From an uncultured Alphaproteobacteria bacterium (GTDB lineage: Bacteria > Pseudomonadota > Alphaproteobacteria > CAAHEQ01 > UBA3637), in NCBI GenBank assembly GCA_934203105.1, contig CAKPYQ010000006.1, positions 3,288-67,287 of the forward strand: a stretch of DNA of 64,000 nucleotides, in the 5' to 3' direction. Shown piece after piece: positions 54,901-62,864 of the stretch (position 1 is the first letter of the stretch; each line of letters starts with the position of its first letter). The notes beneath the pieces were generated by a model. The model ran no database searches, was not told where the DNA came from, and saw nothing but the letters and a program-made list of their open reading frames with translations. Both the position numbers and the translations under genes were made by a program.

Positions 54901-55384
54901 AAATATTGCTGAGGAAAGCTATTCCCCGCAAATATCTTTGGGGTTATCGGTTTTGATACCGGAAAAATATGTGCCTGATTTGGGACTGCGTATGGAGCTT
55001 TATCACCGTATGGCCAACATTGAAACGCCGGAAGAAATGCAGGCAATGCGCTTGGAGTTGGAAGATCGATTTGGGGCGTTGCCGCAGGAAGTTGACAACC
55101 TGCTTGCGACAGTTTCGTTAAAGACTTTGTGCCGCCGCGCGCACATCGAAAAAGTCGAAGCCGGATCAAAAGGAATGGCAATTACTTTCCGCAATAACTT
55201 ATTCCCCAATCCGGCGGGGTTGGTTGGCTTTGTTAATGGGCAAATGGGTTTGGCAAAGTTAAAGCCCGATAAGTTGACCGTTACGCGCATTTGGAATAAT
55301 CCGATGGATCGGTTGGTCGGGGTTAAAAGCTTGCTTGAAACCTTTGCAGAAATGGCCGAGGAAGTTTGCCCGTCAAAGGGTTAG
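51950..55384 (+). CDS. mfd: Transcription-repair coupling factor
   Basis: The 1144-aa ORF has a UvrB-homology N-terminus, an RNAP-interacting domain (GDLVVHVTHGIGRYEG) and superfamily 2 helicase motifs (GDVGFGKTEVA, DEEQHFGV, TATPIPRT), followed by a TRG-motif region. Confidence 0.95.
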   Translation: MTDKTEQILGGVVGGFDAFVLARAAREKGLILHVADSEAHLNALSCLLAVIAPDVRVLSFPAWDTIPYDRVSPNPLIESERLDTLSDLANNNLSGNTIVLTCVAAAMQKVPPVDFFKGQTLSFKTGDLFDIAAVQAFLNKNGYTRTEQVMQAGQYALRGGIVDVFVSGAQEPYRLDLFGDVLESIRLFSVSTQKTTAVVQKMSIKPMAEYVLNEKSISDFRTRYRALASGQTGGDMLYESVSAGRKLNGLEHWLPLFYDKMSTIFDYVSADRPVYLDEDVKQAVLSRQSQILEYYQARLNALKNKDRLEDVYYPVAPDSFFMNMEAWTERLKEQNRFVLSAFVAPDEMDLGSRVGVSFAADRAAGNVFEKLAGFIQKAKKPVVIAGFSDTSSDHIIKALHQFGISLNHASSWVAALKQAPAIVQMPVEKGFECKEFILLSEEDILGERMVRPTRHRKAKENFIEDISTLNIGDLVVHVTHGIGRYEGLITLQAGGTAHDCLKVVYDGNDKLFVPVENLDMLSRYGSENTAVALDRLGGSGWQARKSRIKKQLLEMAEKLINIAAARYATQMPIINPDIGLYNEFCARFPYVETDDQLHSINDVTSDFASGHPMDRLVCGDVGFGKTEVALRAAFMAAEAGMQVAVVVPTTLLARQHYANFVKRFEGFPLKVARLSRLVGAAEKKKTLTGLADGSIDIVVGTHALLAKSVQFKNLGLLIVDEEQHFGVAHKEQLKSLKAAVHVLTLTATPIPRTLQMSLTGVRDLSIIATPPVDRLAVSTFVLPFDGVILRDAMMREHLRGGQTFYVCPRISDMAPLLDKLKRIVPELKIVAAHGQMRPSELEQIMTDFVDGKFDVLLATSIIESGIDMSTVNTIIIHRADMFGLAALYQLRGRVGRSKIKAYAYLTTSENKVLTPTAQKRLEVMQSLDSLGAGFTLASHDLDIRGAGNLLGQEQSGHIKEVGVELYQKMLEDAVAMLKSGQSVENIAEESYSPQISLGLSVLIPEKYVPDLGLRMELYHRMANIETPEEMQAMRLELEDRFGALPQEVDNLLATVSLKTLCRRAHIEKVEAGSKGMAITFRNNLFPNPAGLVGFVNGQMGLAKLKPDKLTVTRIWNNPMDRLVGVKSLLETFAEMAEEVCPSKG

Positions 55385-55448
55385 AAAAAAAGCTCCTTTT
55401 TTTAAGCCAGAGCGCAGATAAGTCAGAGCGGGCAAAAAGTCGTCGGCA

Positions 55449-56780
55449 TTAAAAAACGAAGTTTTGCATCCATTTGTCCATTGCGGACAAAGCGCGTTCA
55501 GTGTACATTTTTTTGCGATCTGCCCCATGCGGTTTGCGTCCCGCGGCAAAAGTCAGTTCAGGGAAAATGCCAAAGTTGATGTTCATCGGTTGGAATGTTT
55601 CGGCGTTTCCGTCCGTGACGTGACGCAACATAGCGCCCAATGCGGTTTGAGCCGGTGGCAAGGGCAATGTCGGATTGGCCAACAGGCGCGCCGCCAAAAA
55701 TCCCATAGCCGTGCTTTCGACATAGCCTTCACAGCCGGATACTTGGCCAGCCAAACGAATGGAGGGTTTATTTTTCAATTCCAATCGAGATCCTAAAACT
55801 TTTGGGCCGCAAACAAAAGTGTTGCGATGAATACCGCCCAAACGCGCAAAAACGGCGTTTTCAAGCCCCGGTATTTTGGAAAAAATTTCCTTTTGCGCAC
55901 CGTGCTTTAATTTCGTTTGAAAGCCGACCAAGTTCATTAAAGAACCTTCTTTATTTTCTTTGCGCAACTGAACAACCGCGAACGGTTTTTCGCTTGGGTT
56001 GTGCGGGTTGGTTAATCCGACCGGCTTCATCGGCCCGAAACGCAAAGTTAAAGGTCCGCGTTCGGCCATCACTTCAATTGGCAGGCAGCCTTCAAAATAG
56101 GGCGTTTCTTTTTCCCATTCGTGAAAATCAACCTTTTCACCGTTTAATAAATCCGAAATAAACCTTTCGTATTGCTCTTTGTTCATCGGCAAGTTTAAGT
56201 AATCGTATTTATCGCCTTTGTCATAGCGGGATTGATACCACGCTTTGGACATATCAATGCTGTCAGTATAGACAATCGGCGCAATCGCATCAAAAAAATG
56301 TAATTGTTCATCGCCGGTGATTTTTTGCAGGCAGTCTGCCATTTTTTCACTGGTGAGTGGGCCGGTTGCCAAAATCGTCGGTATGTTTTCGTCCAGTTCG
56401 GAAAAATCGGTAATTTCTTCGCGATAAATGGTGATCAGCGGGTGAAAAAACAGCTTTTGCGTTACCAAGCTTGCAAACGCTCCGCGATCCACGGCCAAAG
56501 CACCACCGGCCGGCACGCGCGTTTCATCGGCACAGCTCATAATCAAAGAACCGCAGCGACGCAATTCTTCGTGCATCAAGCCGACGGCATTGGTTTGCCA
56601 ATCATCGCTACGCAACGAATTTGAACAAACAAGTTCGGCACATTTATCCGTTGTGTGAGCCGGTGTTGTTTTAACCGGTCGCATTTCGTATAAATCAACC
56701 TGATAACCGCATTTGGCCAATTGCCAAGCTGCTTCACTGCCGGCTAAACCCGCGCCGATAACTTGTGCTTTTTTATTCAT
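55449..56780 (-). CDS. trmFO: Methylenetetrahydrofolate--tRNA-(uracil54-C5)-methyltransferase TrmFO
   Basis: The 443-aa ORF has the FAD-binding N-terminus [16 protein letters not shown], then [11 protein letters not shown] and [13 protein letters not shown]. Confidence 0.9.
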   Translation of the reverse strand: MNKKAQVIGAGLAGSEAAWQLAKCGYQVDLYEMRPVKTTPAHTTDKCAELVCSNSLRSDDWQTNAVGLMHEELRRCGSLIMSCADETRVPAGGALAVDRGAFASLVTQKLFFHPLITIYREEITDFSELDENIPTILATGPLTSEKMADCLQKITGDEQLHFFDAIAPIVYTDSIDMSKAWYQSRYDKGDKYDYLNLPMNKEQYERFISDLLNGEKVDFHEWEKETPYFEGCLPIEVMAERGPLTLRFGPMKPVGLTNPHNPSEKPFAVVQLRKENKEGSLMNLVGFQTKLKHGAQKEIFSKIPGLENAVFARLGGIHRNTFVCGPKVLGSRLELKNKPSIRLAGQVSGCEGYVESTAMGFLAARLLANPTLPLPPAQTALGAMLRHVTDGNAETFQPMNINFGIFPELTFAAGRKPHGADRKKMYTERALSAMDKWMQNFVF

Positions 56781-56848
56781 TTTTTTCTTAACCTTTTTAT
56801 AAAAAGCTGATATAGTGCTTTTAAACTATGATGAAAGTATAAAAAAAT

Positions 56849-57775
56849 ATGTGCAAAAGTCAACTGATATTTATCGCTATTGCTTTTTGTTTTTGTTTCG
56901 GGGCGTCGGCGTCGGTTTTACAGCCCTTTAAATTAAACAACGAGCAGCAAACTTTATTAAAGCAAAAAGCAGAAGAGGGAAATCCGCAAGCTCAATATGA
57001 GTTGGCTTCTTTTTACGCGACGGAAAAACCGGTTGATTATCCGAAAATCGTGTTGTGGCTGCGCCGTGCGGCAGTGCAGGGACATTTGGAATCGCAATTT
57101 GCTTTGGGGCATATTTATCAGTTTGGCAAACCCAAAATCGTGCCGGATTTGTTGGAGGCCGAAAAATGGTATGAAAAAGCCGCAAAACAAGGGGATAAAC
57201 AAGCTTTGCAAGCGTTGGAAGTTTTGCGTGACAGACAAGCTTATCGGATTTTGAGTGCGCCGTCGATTGATGATAAGTGGGACGTTCAATGGACAGCCAA
57301 AACGGCTTCCTATGGCGACAAGCAAAGCCAATTTGAATTGGGGCAACTTTACGCCAACGGAACAAAAATACAAATGGATTATGTCAAGGCCGCCGAATGG
57401 TATGAAAAAGCCGCTGTTCAAGGACATTTGGAAGCAATGTGTGCTTTGGGTGCGTTGTATTTGGAGGGCAAAGGCGTCAGCGCCGATACACAAAAAGCTT
57501 TGTTTTGGTATGAACAAGCAGCGTTGCGTGATTATACACCGGCGCAACACAAGTTATTTGAAATATATTCGGGCGCAACGGATTTAAAGCCGGATTTGGT
57601 AAAGGCCGCCGGTTGGCTTTATGTTTCTTTAAGTTACTTGTTCCCAAATGAACGGGATTTAGTCGCTGTATCACCGGAGCTGAAAAAAATATGGGATACT
57701 TTAACGAATAAGCAAAAAGAACAAGTGCTTTATTTTGCTTATTCGTTTATTGATGAAAAGCGGGTGCGAAAATGA
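56849..57775 (+). CDS. Secreted Sel1-repeat protein
   Basis: A signal peptide is followed by about 5 Sel1 units (AQYELASFYATEK..., SQFALGHIYQFGK..., SQFELGQLYANGT..., AMCALGALYLEGKGV...). Confidence 0.85.
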   Translation: MCKSQLIFIAIAFCFCFGASASVLQPFKLNNEQQTLLKQKAEEGNPQAQYELASFYATEKPVDYPKIVLWLRRAAVQGHLESQFALGHIYQFGKPKIVPDLLEAEKWYEKAAKQGDKQALQALEVLRDRQAYRILSAPSIDDKWDVQWTAKTASYGDKQSQFELGQLYANGTKIQMDYVKAAEWYEKAAVQGHLEAMCALGALYLEGKGVSADTQKALFWYEQAALRDYTPAQHKLFEIYSGATDLKPDLVKAAGWLYVSLSYLFPNERDLVAVSPELKKIWDTLTNKQKEQVLYFAYSFIDEKRVRK

Positions 57776-58695
57776 AAAAGTTGTTATCCTCTTTGCCTTC
57801 CTTGTTTTTTTGTGCGCCGATGGCCGGTGTGACGGATAAACCTTTTCGTCAAATGGTGCGCTCTTTTGGCGGGCATTTGATTTATACGGAAATGGTGGCG
57901 GCAACGTCATTTGTGTACAATTCTAAAACAACTCAACGTATGTTGGATTTATCCGATGAAGTTGCGCCAACTGCTATTCAATTGGTCGGAAATGACCCGC
58001 TTGATATGGCAAAAGCCGCGCAAAAAGCCGAGGCAAACGGCGCTTGTTTAATTGACATCAATATGGGTTGTCCGGTGCGAAAGTTGATATCAAATACGTC
58101 GGGGGCTGCGCTTATGTTAGATCCGATAAAAGCCGCCGAAATTGTGCAAGCGGTCAAAGCGGCGGTCAGTGTTCCGGTTACTGTTAAGACGCGTTTGGGT
58201 TGGGACGATGATCATTTAAATGCGGTTGAATTTGCCAAATATATGGAGCAAGCCGGCGCTGATGCAATCACGATCCACGGGCGGACAAAAGCAGCCGGAT
58301 ACAGCGGTAAAGCAAATTGGGCGGCAATCGGGCAAGTAAAAAAGTCCGTGTCGATTCCCGTCTTTGCAAATGGTGATGTGGTGGATATAAAATCCGCACA
58401 GAAGTGCTTAAATGAAACGCTTGCCGACGGAATTATGGTCGGGCGCGGAATGTTGGGGCGTCCTTGGGCTTTGGCTGAAATGGACGGTGTGCCGGCTCCC
58501 GATGATTTAAAGCCGATTGTGTTGGAACACTTTGAACGATTGCTGTCTTATTACGGGCCAAAAGGGTTGTTTATCGCACGCAAACATTTAGCGTGGTATG
58601 CGACGGGGCATTCTTTTGTTGCTAATTTTCGGCAAAAGGTTTATAGTGAAACAGATCCGATGAATGTAAAGGCTTTGATTAAGGAGTATTTTTAA
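57772..58695 (+). CDS. dusB: tRNA-dihydrouridine synthase B
   Basis: Motifs FCAPMAGVTDKPFRQM, IDINMGCPVRK and ITIHGRT match the Dus family. The ORF overlaps the upstream stop (ATGA). Confidence 0.9.
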   Translation: MKKLLSSLPSLFFCAPMAGVTDKPFRQMVRSFGGHLIYTEMVAATSFVYNSKTTQRMLDLSDEVAPTAIQLVGNDPLDMAKAAQKAEANGACLIDINMGCPVRKLISNTSGAALMLDPIKAAEIVQAVKAAVSVPVTVKTRLGWDDDHLNAVEFAKYMEQAGADAITIHGRTKAAGYSGKANWAAIGQVKKSVSIPVFANGDVVDIKSAQKCLNETLADGIMVGRGMLGRPWALAEMDGVPAPDDLKPIVLEHFERLLSYYGPKGLFIARKHLAWYATGHSFVANFRQKVYSETDPMNVKALIKEYF

Positions 58696-58698
58696 AAC

Positions 58699-58944
58699 GT
58701 GACTGTCAGTATCGAAGACATTTTAGAACGTTATGTACGGGCGTATTTGACTTATTTTGAAGGTCGAAAACGTCCGGCAAGGATGTATGGTAAAATTGTT
58801 GGATTGGCTGAAAAAGCCGCGGTTAAAATCGCGTTGGAAAAAACAAACGGCAATCAGTTGCAAGCGGCGGATTTATTAGGAATCAACCGCAACACGTTGC
58901 ATTCGAAGATGAAAAAGTTTAAATTAAATCAGGGGGAAAAATGA
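58699..58944 (+). CDS. Fis-type helix-turn-helix DNA-binding protein (81 aa)
   Basis: It uses a GTG start. MYGKIVGLAEKAAVKIALEKTNGNQLQAADLLGINRNTLHSKMKKFKL matches the Fis / NtrC C-terminal HTH pattern (..GNQ..AA..LG(I/L)NR.TL..K...). The stop overlaps the trkA start (ATGA). Confidence 0.75.
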   Translation: MTVSIEDILERYVRAYLTYFEGRKRPARMYGKIVGLAEKAAVKIALEKTNGNQLQAADLLGINRNTLHSKMKKFKLNQGEK

Positions 58945-60308
58945 AAGTCATTATTTGCGGTTGCGGAAATGTCGGTTCAAGCATTGCTTCATATTTGTTC
59001 AAAGAAGGGCATCAAGTAACCTTGATTGACGCCGACGTTGAAAAGTTGAAAAAAATCGAAGATGAAATGGACGTTCAAACGATCACAGGTCAAGCATCGT
59101 CTCCGGAAATATTGAAAACGGCCGGCGCATCGGACGCGGATTTAATTATTGCCGTGACGCACAGCGATGAAGTAAATATGATTATTTGTTTCGAAGCGGC
59201 TAAATTATTTAACGTTCCGTTGCGTATTGCGCGGGTGCGTTCAGGGTTTTATGCCAATCAAGGCTATGTTCCGCTATTTAATGATTTGCATATTGATGTG
59301 GTGATATCGCCGGAAAAAGAAATTGCGCGAACGATTTTGCGCAACATCAAAACACCCGGCGCTTTGGAGTTTGTTAATATGCAGGGCAATGCAGTTTTTA
59401 TCGGTACAAAGTGCGTTGCGGGCTGTGATTTGGAAAAAAAGAGCGTTGGAAAAATCGAACGCAGTTTTGATGAATATGCGGCTTATGTTGCGGGGATAAT
59501 TCGTGACGGCGCGCGTTTGGACGTTGATCAAAAAACGATTTTAAAGGCCGGCGATGAAATATACTTTGTTTCCGATGTCGGTCATTATGAAAATATTTTG
59601 GCTGCATTGGGGCAACAGACGGGAAAAGCTGATCATATCGTGATTGTAGGCGGCGGACGTGTCGGGTACAGTTTGGCCAAACTGATGGAATTGGAAGATA
59701 TGGCATCGCATTTGACTTTGATTGAACAAGACGATGAAAAATCCGTTGCTCTGGCCGCGGAGTTGTCTAAAACCTTGGTAATCAAAGGCGATGCGATGGA
59801 CGAAGACATTTTGCACGAAGCCGGTATTGACAAAGCAGATGCTTTTGTTTCGCTGACCGGTGAAGATGAGGACAATATTTTGCTGTCTTTACTGACCAAA
59901 AGGCACGGGGTTAAACGGACGTTTGCGCTGATCAATAAGCAAATATACAATAATATGTTATCGCATTTGGGCGTTGATGTGATTGTCAATCCGAACGCTA
60001 TATCGACATCGACGATTTTGCAACACATTCGCAAAGGACAAGTGCAAACAATTTATTCCTTAAAGCCTCAATTGGGCGATTTAATGGCTTTTGAAGTTTT
60101 GGAAACATCGAAAATTGCGGGGCAAGCTTTGTCGAAGTTAAAAAAGAAAAAACAAATGCGCATTTGTGGCGTAGTTCGAGACGGAGCTGTTGTTAAATTA
60201 AGTGATGATTTTCAAATCCAAAGCGGGGACAGTGTGATTATTTTGGCGCCGTGCGGACACTTTAAGGAAGTTGAAAAATTGTTCGCGGCGGGGTTGTTTT
60301 TCTTTTAA
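58941..60308 (+). CDS. trkA: Trk potassium uptake system protein TrkA
   Basis: The 455-aa ORF has two RCK/NAD-binding modules (ICGCGNVGSSIA and IVGGGRVGYSLA). Confidence 0.9.
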   Translation: MKVIICGCGNVGSSIASYLFKEGHQVTLIDADVEKLKKIEDEMDVQTITGQASSPEILKTAGASDADLIIAVTHSDEVNMIICFEAAKLFNVPLRIARVRSGFYANQGYVPLFNDLHIDVVISPEKEIARTILRNIKTPGALEFVNMQGNAVFIGTKCVAGCDLEKKSVGKIERSFDEYAAYVAGIIRDGARLDVDQKTILKAGDEIYFVSDVGHYENILAALGQQTGKADHIVIVGGGRVGYSLAKLMELEDMASHLTLIEQDDEKSVALAAELSKTLVIKGDAMDEDILHEAGIDKADAFVSLTGEDEDNILLSLLTKRHGVKRTFALINKQIYNNMLSHLGVDVIVNPNAISTSTILQHIRKGQVQTIYSLKPQLGDLMAFEVLETSKIAGQALSKLKKKKQMRICGVVRDGAVVKLSDDFQIQSGDSVIILAPCGHFKEVEKLFAAGLFFF

Positions 60309-60327
60309 TTAAAAAAAAGGTGAAATT

Positions 60328-60549
60328 ATGGATAATGTAGAGCAAATTTTTTTGGAAAAATTGCAATCAAGTCAATTGCCGGTAACTTTGTTTTTGACGT
60401 GCAATGTGAAGTTGCAAGGCGTCATTCGCGGCATTGATGATAAAAGCATTTTGTTATCGCATGACGGGCGGTTGCAATTGATTTATAAACACGCAATATC
60501 GACGTTGTCGGTTGGAAATGCTTTAAAGGAAGAAGACATTGTCAGATAA
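60328..60549 (+). CDS. hfq: RNA chaperone Hfq
   Basis: The Sm1/Sm2 pattern is present (PVTLFLTCNVKLQGVIRGIDDKSILLSH...QLIYKHAISTL). It sits in the conserved position upstream of hflX. Confidence 0.88.
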   Translation: MDNVEQIFLEKLQSSQLPVTLFLTCNVKLQGVIRGIDDKSILLSHDGRLQLIYKHAISTLSVGNALKEEDIVR

Positions 60550-61825
60550 AAAGATTCCGGTTAACGTCTTTGTGATTGAGGCGGATTTAAAGTCGGCGCC
60601 GGATAAATCGTCCCGATCAGCCGAGGCGCGCTTGAACGAAGCCATCAGTTTGACAAAAGCGATCAATTTAAATGTGGTCGGCCGTGAAATCATTGCTTTG
60701 CGGGAAGTACGTCCGGCAAGCTATATCGGGCGCGGCTCTGTCGAGCGGTTGGGCGAAGTTTTAAAACAACTTCAAGCCGAATTGGTTTTAATGGATTGCG
60801 CTTTGACGCCGATCCAACAACGGAATTTGGAAAAGGATTGGCAAGTAAAAGTCATTGACCGAACGGCTTTGATTTTGGAAATATTCGGCGAGCGCGCTCA
60901 AACAAAAGAGGGTGTTTTGCAAGTCGAATTGGCGCATTTAACGTATCAACGTTCGCGATTGGTTCGTTCTTGGACACACTTGGAACGGCAACGGGGCGGT
61001 GCCGGATTTTTGGGCGGACCCGGCGAAACGCAAATTGAAATGGACAGGCGAATTATCGATGATAAATTGGTTCGCATTAAAAAAGAGTTGGAACATGTCA
61101 AGCAAACGCGCGGTTTGCAACGCAAAAGCCGTAAAAAAGTGCCGTTTCCGATTGTTTCTTTGGTCGGCTATACGAACGCCGGCAAATCGACTTTGTTTAA
61201 CCGGCTGACCAGCGCAAACGTTTTTGCAAAAGATTTATTGTTTGCGACGTTGGATCCGACAATGCGACAAATTGAATTACCCAGCGGCAAGAAAATCATT
61301 TTATCCGATACGGTCGGATTTATTTCGGATTTGCCTACCGAATTGATTGCAGCTTTTCGAGCAACGTTAGAGGAGGTGTTAGAGGCTGATTTAATCTTGC
61401 ATGTTCGGGATTGTGCCCACCCTGATACGTTGGCGCAAAAGCAAGATGTTGAAGGCGTCTTAACGGATTTAGGGCTGTCCGATCAGGTGGCAAAAGGTAT
61501 TCCGGAAGTATTAAATAAAATCGATTTATTAAGCCCTATGGAACGTCAAGCTTTGACGCAAATCAGCAGTTATAAAGAATTAGTATGGCCGGTGTGTGCT
61601 AAAACGGGGCAGGGCATAGATGATTTATTGCGCTTTATTGATAAGGCGTTGTCGGAAAATCAAAAAACGCATACGGTACATTTGTCTTTTTCCGACGGGC
61701 GGACGTTGGCGTGGTTGTATGAAAAAGGCGCGGTCGTTTCGTGTCATGAAGAAGAAAAAGACATTAAATTGATTGTTTCTTTGTCGGATAAGGATTGGGC
61801 GGTTTTTCAAAAAATGATTGAATAA
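60539..61825 (+). CDS. hflX: GTPase HflX
   Basis: It uses a TTG start overlapping the 3' end of hfq. It has the HflX N-domain (ELVLMDCALTPIQQRNLE, LILEIFGERAQTKEG, GPGETQIE) and the GYTNAGKST P-loop. Confidence 0.9.
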   Translation: MSDKKIPVNVFVIEADLKSAPDKSSRSAEARLNEAISLTKAINLNVVGREIIALREVRPASYIGRGSVERLGEVLKQLQAELVLMDCALTPIQQRNLEKDWQVKVIDRTALILEIFGERAQTKEGVLQVELAHLTYQRSRLVRSWTHLERQRGGAGFLGGPGETQIEMDRRIIDDKLVRIKKELEHVKQTRGLQRKSRKKVPFPIVSLVGYTNAGKSTLFNRLTSANVFAKDLLFATLDPTMRQIELPSGKKIILSDTVGFISDLPTELIAAFRATLEEVLEADLILHVRDCAHPDTLAQKQDVEGVLTDLGLSDQVAKGIPEVLNKIDLLSPMERQALTQISSYKELVWPVCAKTGQGIDDLLRFIDKALSENQKTHTVHLSFSDGRTLAWLYEKGAVVSCHEEEKDIKLIVSLSDKDWAVFQKMIE

Positions 61826-61874
61826 ATAAAATTCATTTATTCTTTCTTAATAATTGCTTTGTATAATCTAATGC

Positions 61875-62795
61875 ATGAAAAGTATTTTGAAAAAAAGCCT
61901 TTTAATTTTCGGCGTGCTTGTTTTTTTGACGGCCTGCGGGATCAGCTCGGCTGATTTTTTGGCGTCGTTGGAGCCGAAATCCCATACGGTACGCAGCAAA
62001 GAAACGGTTTATTCTTTATCCCGAAAATACGATGTCCCTATTCGCTCGATTATCGAAGCAAACGATTTAAAACCGCCTTATCTGTTGCAAAAGGGGCAGG
62101 TTTTGAAAATCCCCCGCTCGCAAGTCCATACGGTTAAAAAAGGCGATACACTGTACAGCATTGCTCGTACTTACGGCGTTGATTTTTCGGCTTTGGCACG
62201 GCAAAATAAAATCAAAGAACCGTGGACATTATCCGTCGGTCAACATTTGTATTTGCCGGCAACGTTGGCAAAAGGAACATACGCCGCGAGTGCTGATAAT
62301 ATGGCGGAAAAACAACTTGTTATTAACGATGTTTCTCCGTCGGGTGCAAAGGAGGCAAAACCCACAAAAACTGTTGCAAAGGCAAAGCCGGTTGCCTTGC
62401 CGGCGGTTCCTAAACGTTCCGGCAAATTTGCTTGGCCTGTTCAAGGCAGCATAGTTTCGAATTTCGGTGTGTCCGGAAACGGGCGGCGCAACGACGGCAT
62501 TAACATCGCCGCCAAAAAAGGAACGCCGATCAAGGCGGCCGAAAATGGCGTTATTGCATATGCGGGCAATGAATTAAAGGGCTTTGGTAATTTGGTGCTG
62601 ATTAAGCATGACGGCGGTTGGGTGACGGCGTATGCTCATGCTGACAATGTGTCTGTTAAAAAAGGAATGACCGTTAAAAAAGGTCAATCTATCGGTACAG
62701 TCGGATCTACCGGCAATGTGAAAACGCCTCAGCTTCATTTTGAAGTGCGTAAAGGGACAAAGGCGGCAAATCCGATGAATTATTTAAAAAGTTAA
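61875..62795 (+). CDS. LysM-domain M23 peptidase lipoprotein (NlpD-like)
   Basis: The ORF has the lipobox LTAC, two LysM units (HTVRSKETVYSLSRKYDV, HTVKKGDTLYSIARTYGV) and an M23 domain (GINIAAKKGTPIKAA, GNLVLIKHDGGWVTAYAH, PQLHFEVR). Confidence 0.88.
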   Translation: MKSILKKSLLIFGVLVFLTACGISSADFLASLEPKSHTVRSKETVYSLSRKYDVPIRSIIEANDLKPPYLLQKGQVLKIPRSQVHTVKKGDTLYSIARTYGVDFSALARQNKIKEPWTLSVGQHLYLPATLAKGTYAASADNMAEKQLVINDVSPSGAKEAKPTKTVAKAKPVALPAVPKRSGKFAWPVQGSIVSNFGVSGNGRRNDGINIAAKKGTPIKAAENGVIAYAGNELKGFGNLVLIKHDGGWVTAYAHADNVSVKKGMTVKKGQSIGTVGSTGNVKTPQLHFEVRKGTKAANPMNYLKS

Positions 62796-62864
62796 AAATA
62801 TTGTGGACGAAACGAATTTTTGTGATAGAATAGAAAAAACAACAAAAGAAAGGGTTTTAAAGAG

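Noticed and set aside
55408-55430. A direct repeat, CAGAGCG...CAGAGCG, between mfd and trmFO
   Set aside because: It is only 7 nt long, present in two copies, with no associated structure. This is within chance expectation.
56957-57550. 197-aa and 145-aa minus-strand ORFs antisense to the Sel1 gene. Similar antisense ORFs occur at 40515-41006 and 48825-49301.
   Set aside because: These are typical long antisense frames opposite repeat or low-complexity coding sequence. The sense frames carry the recognisable repeats.
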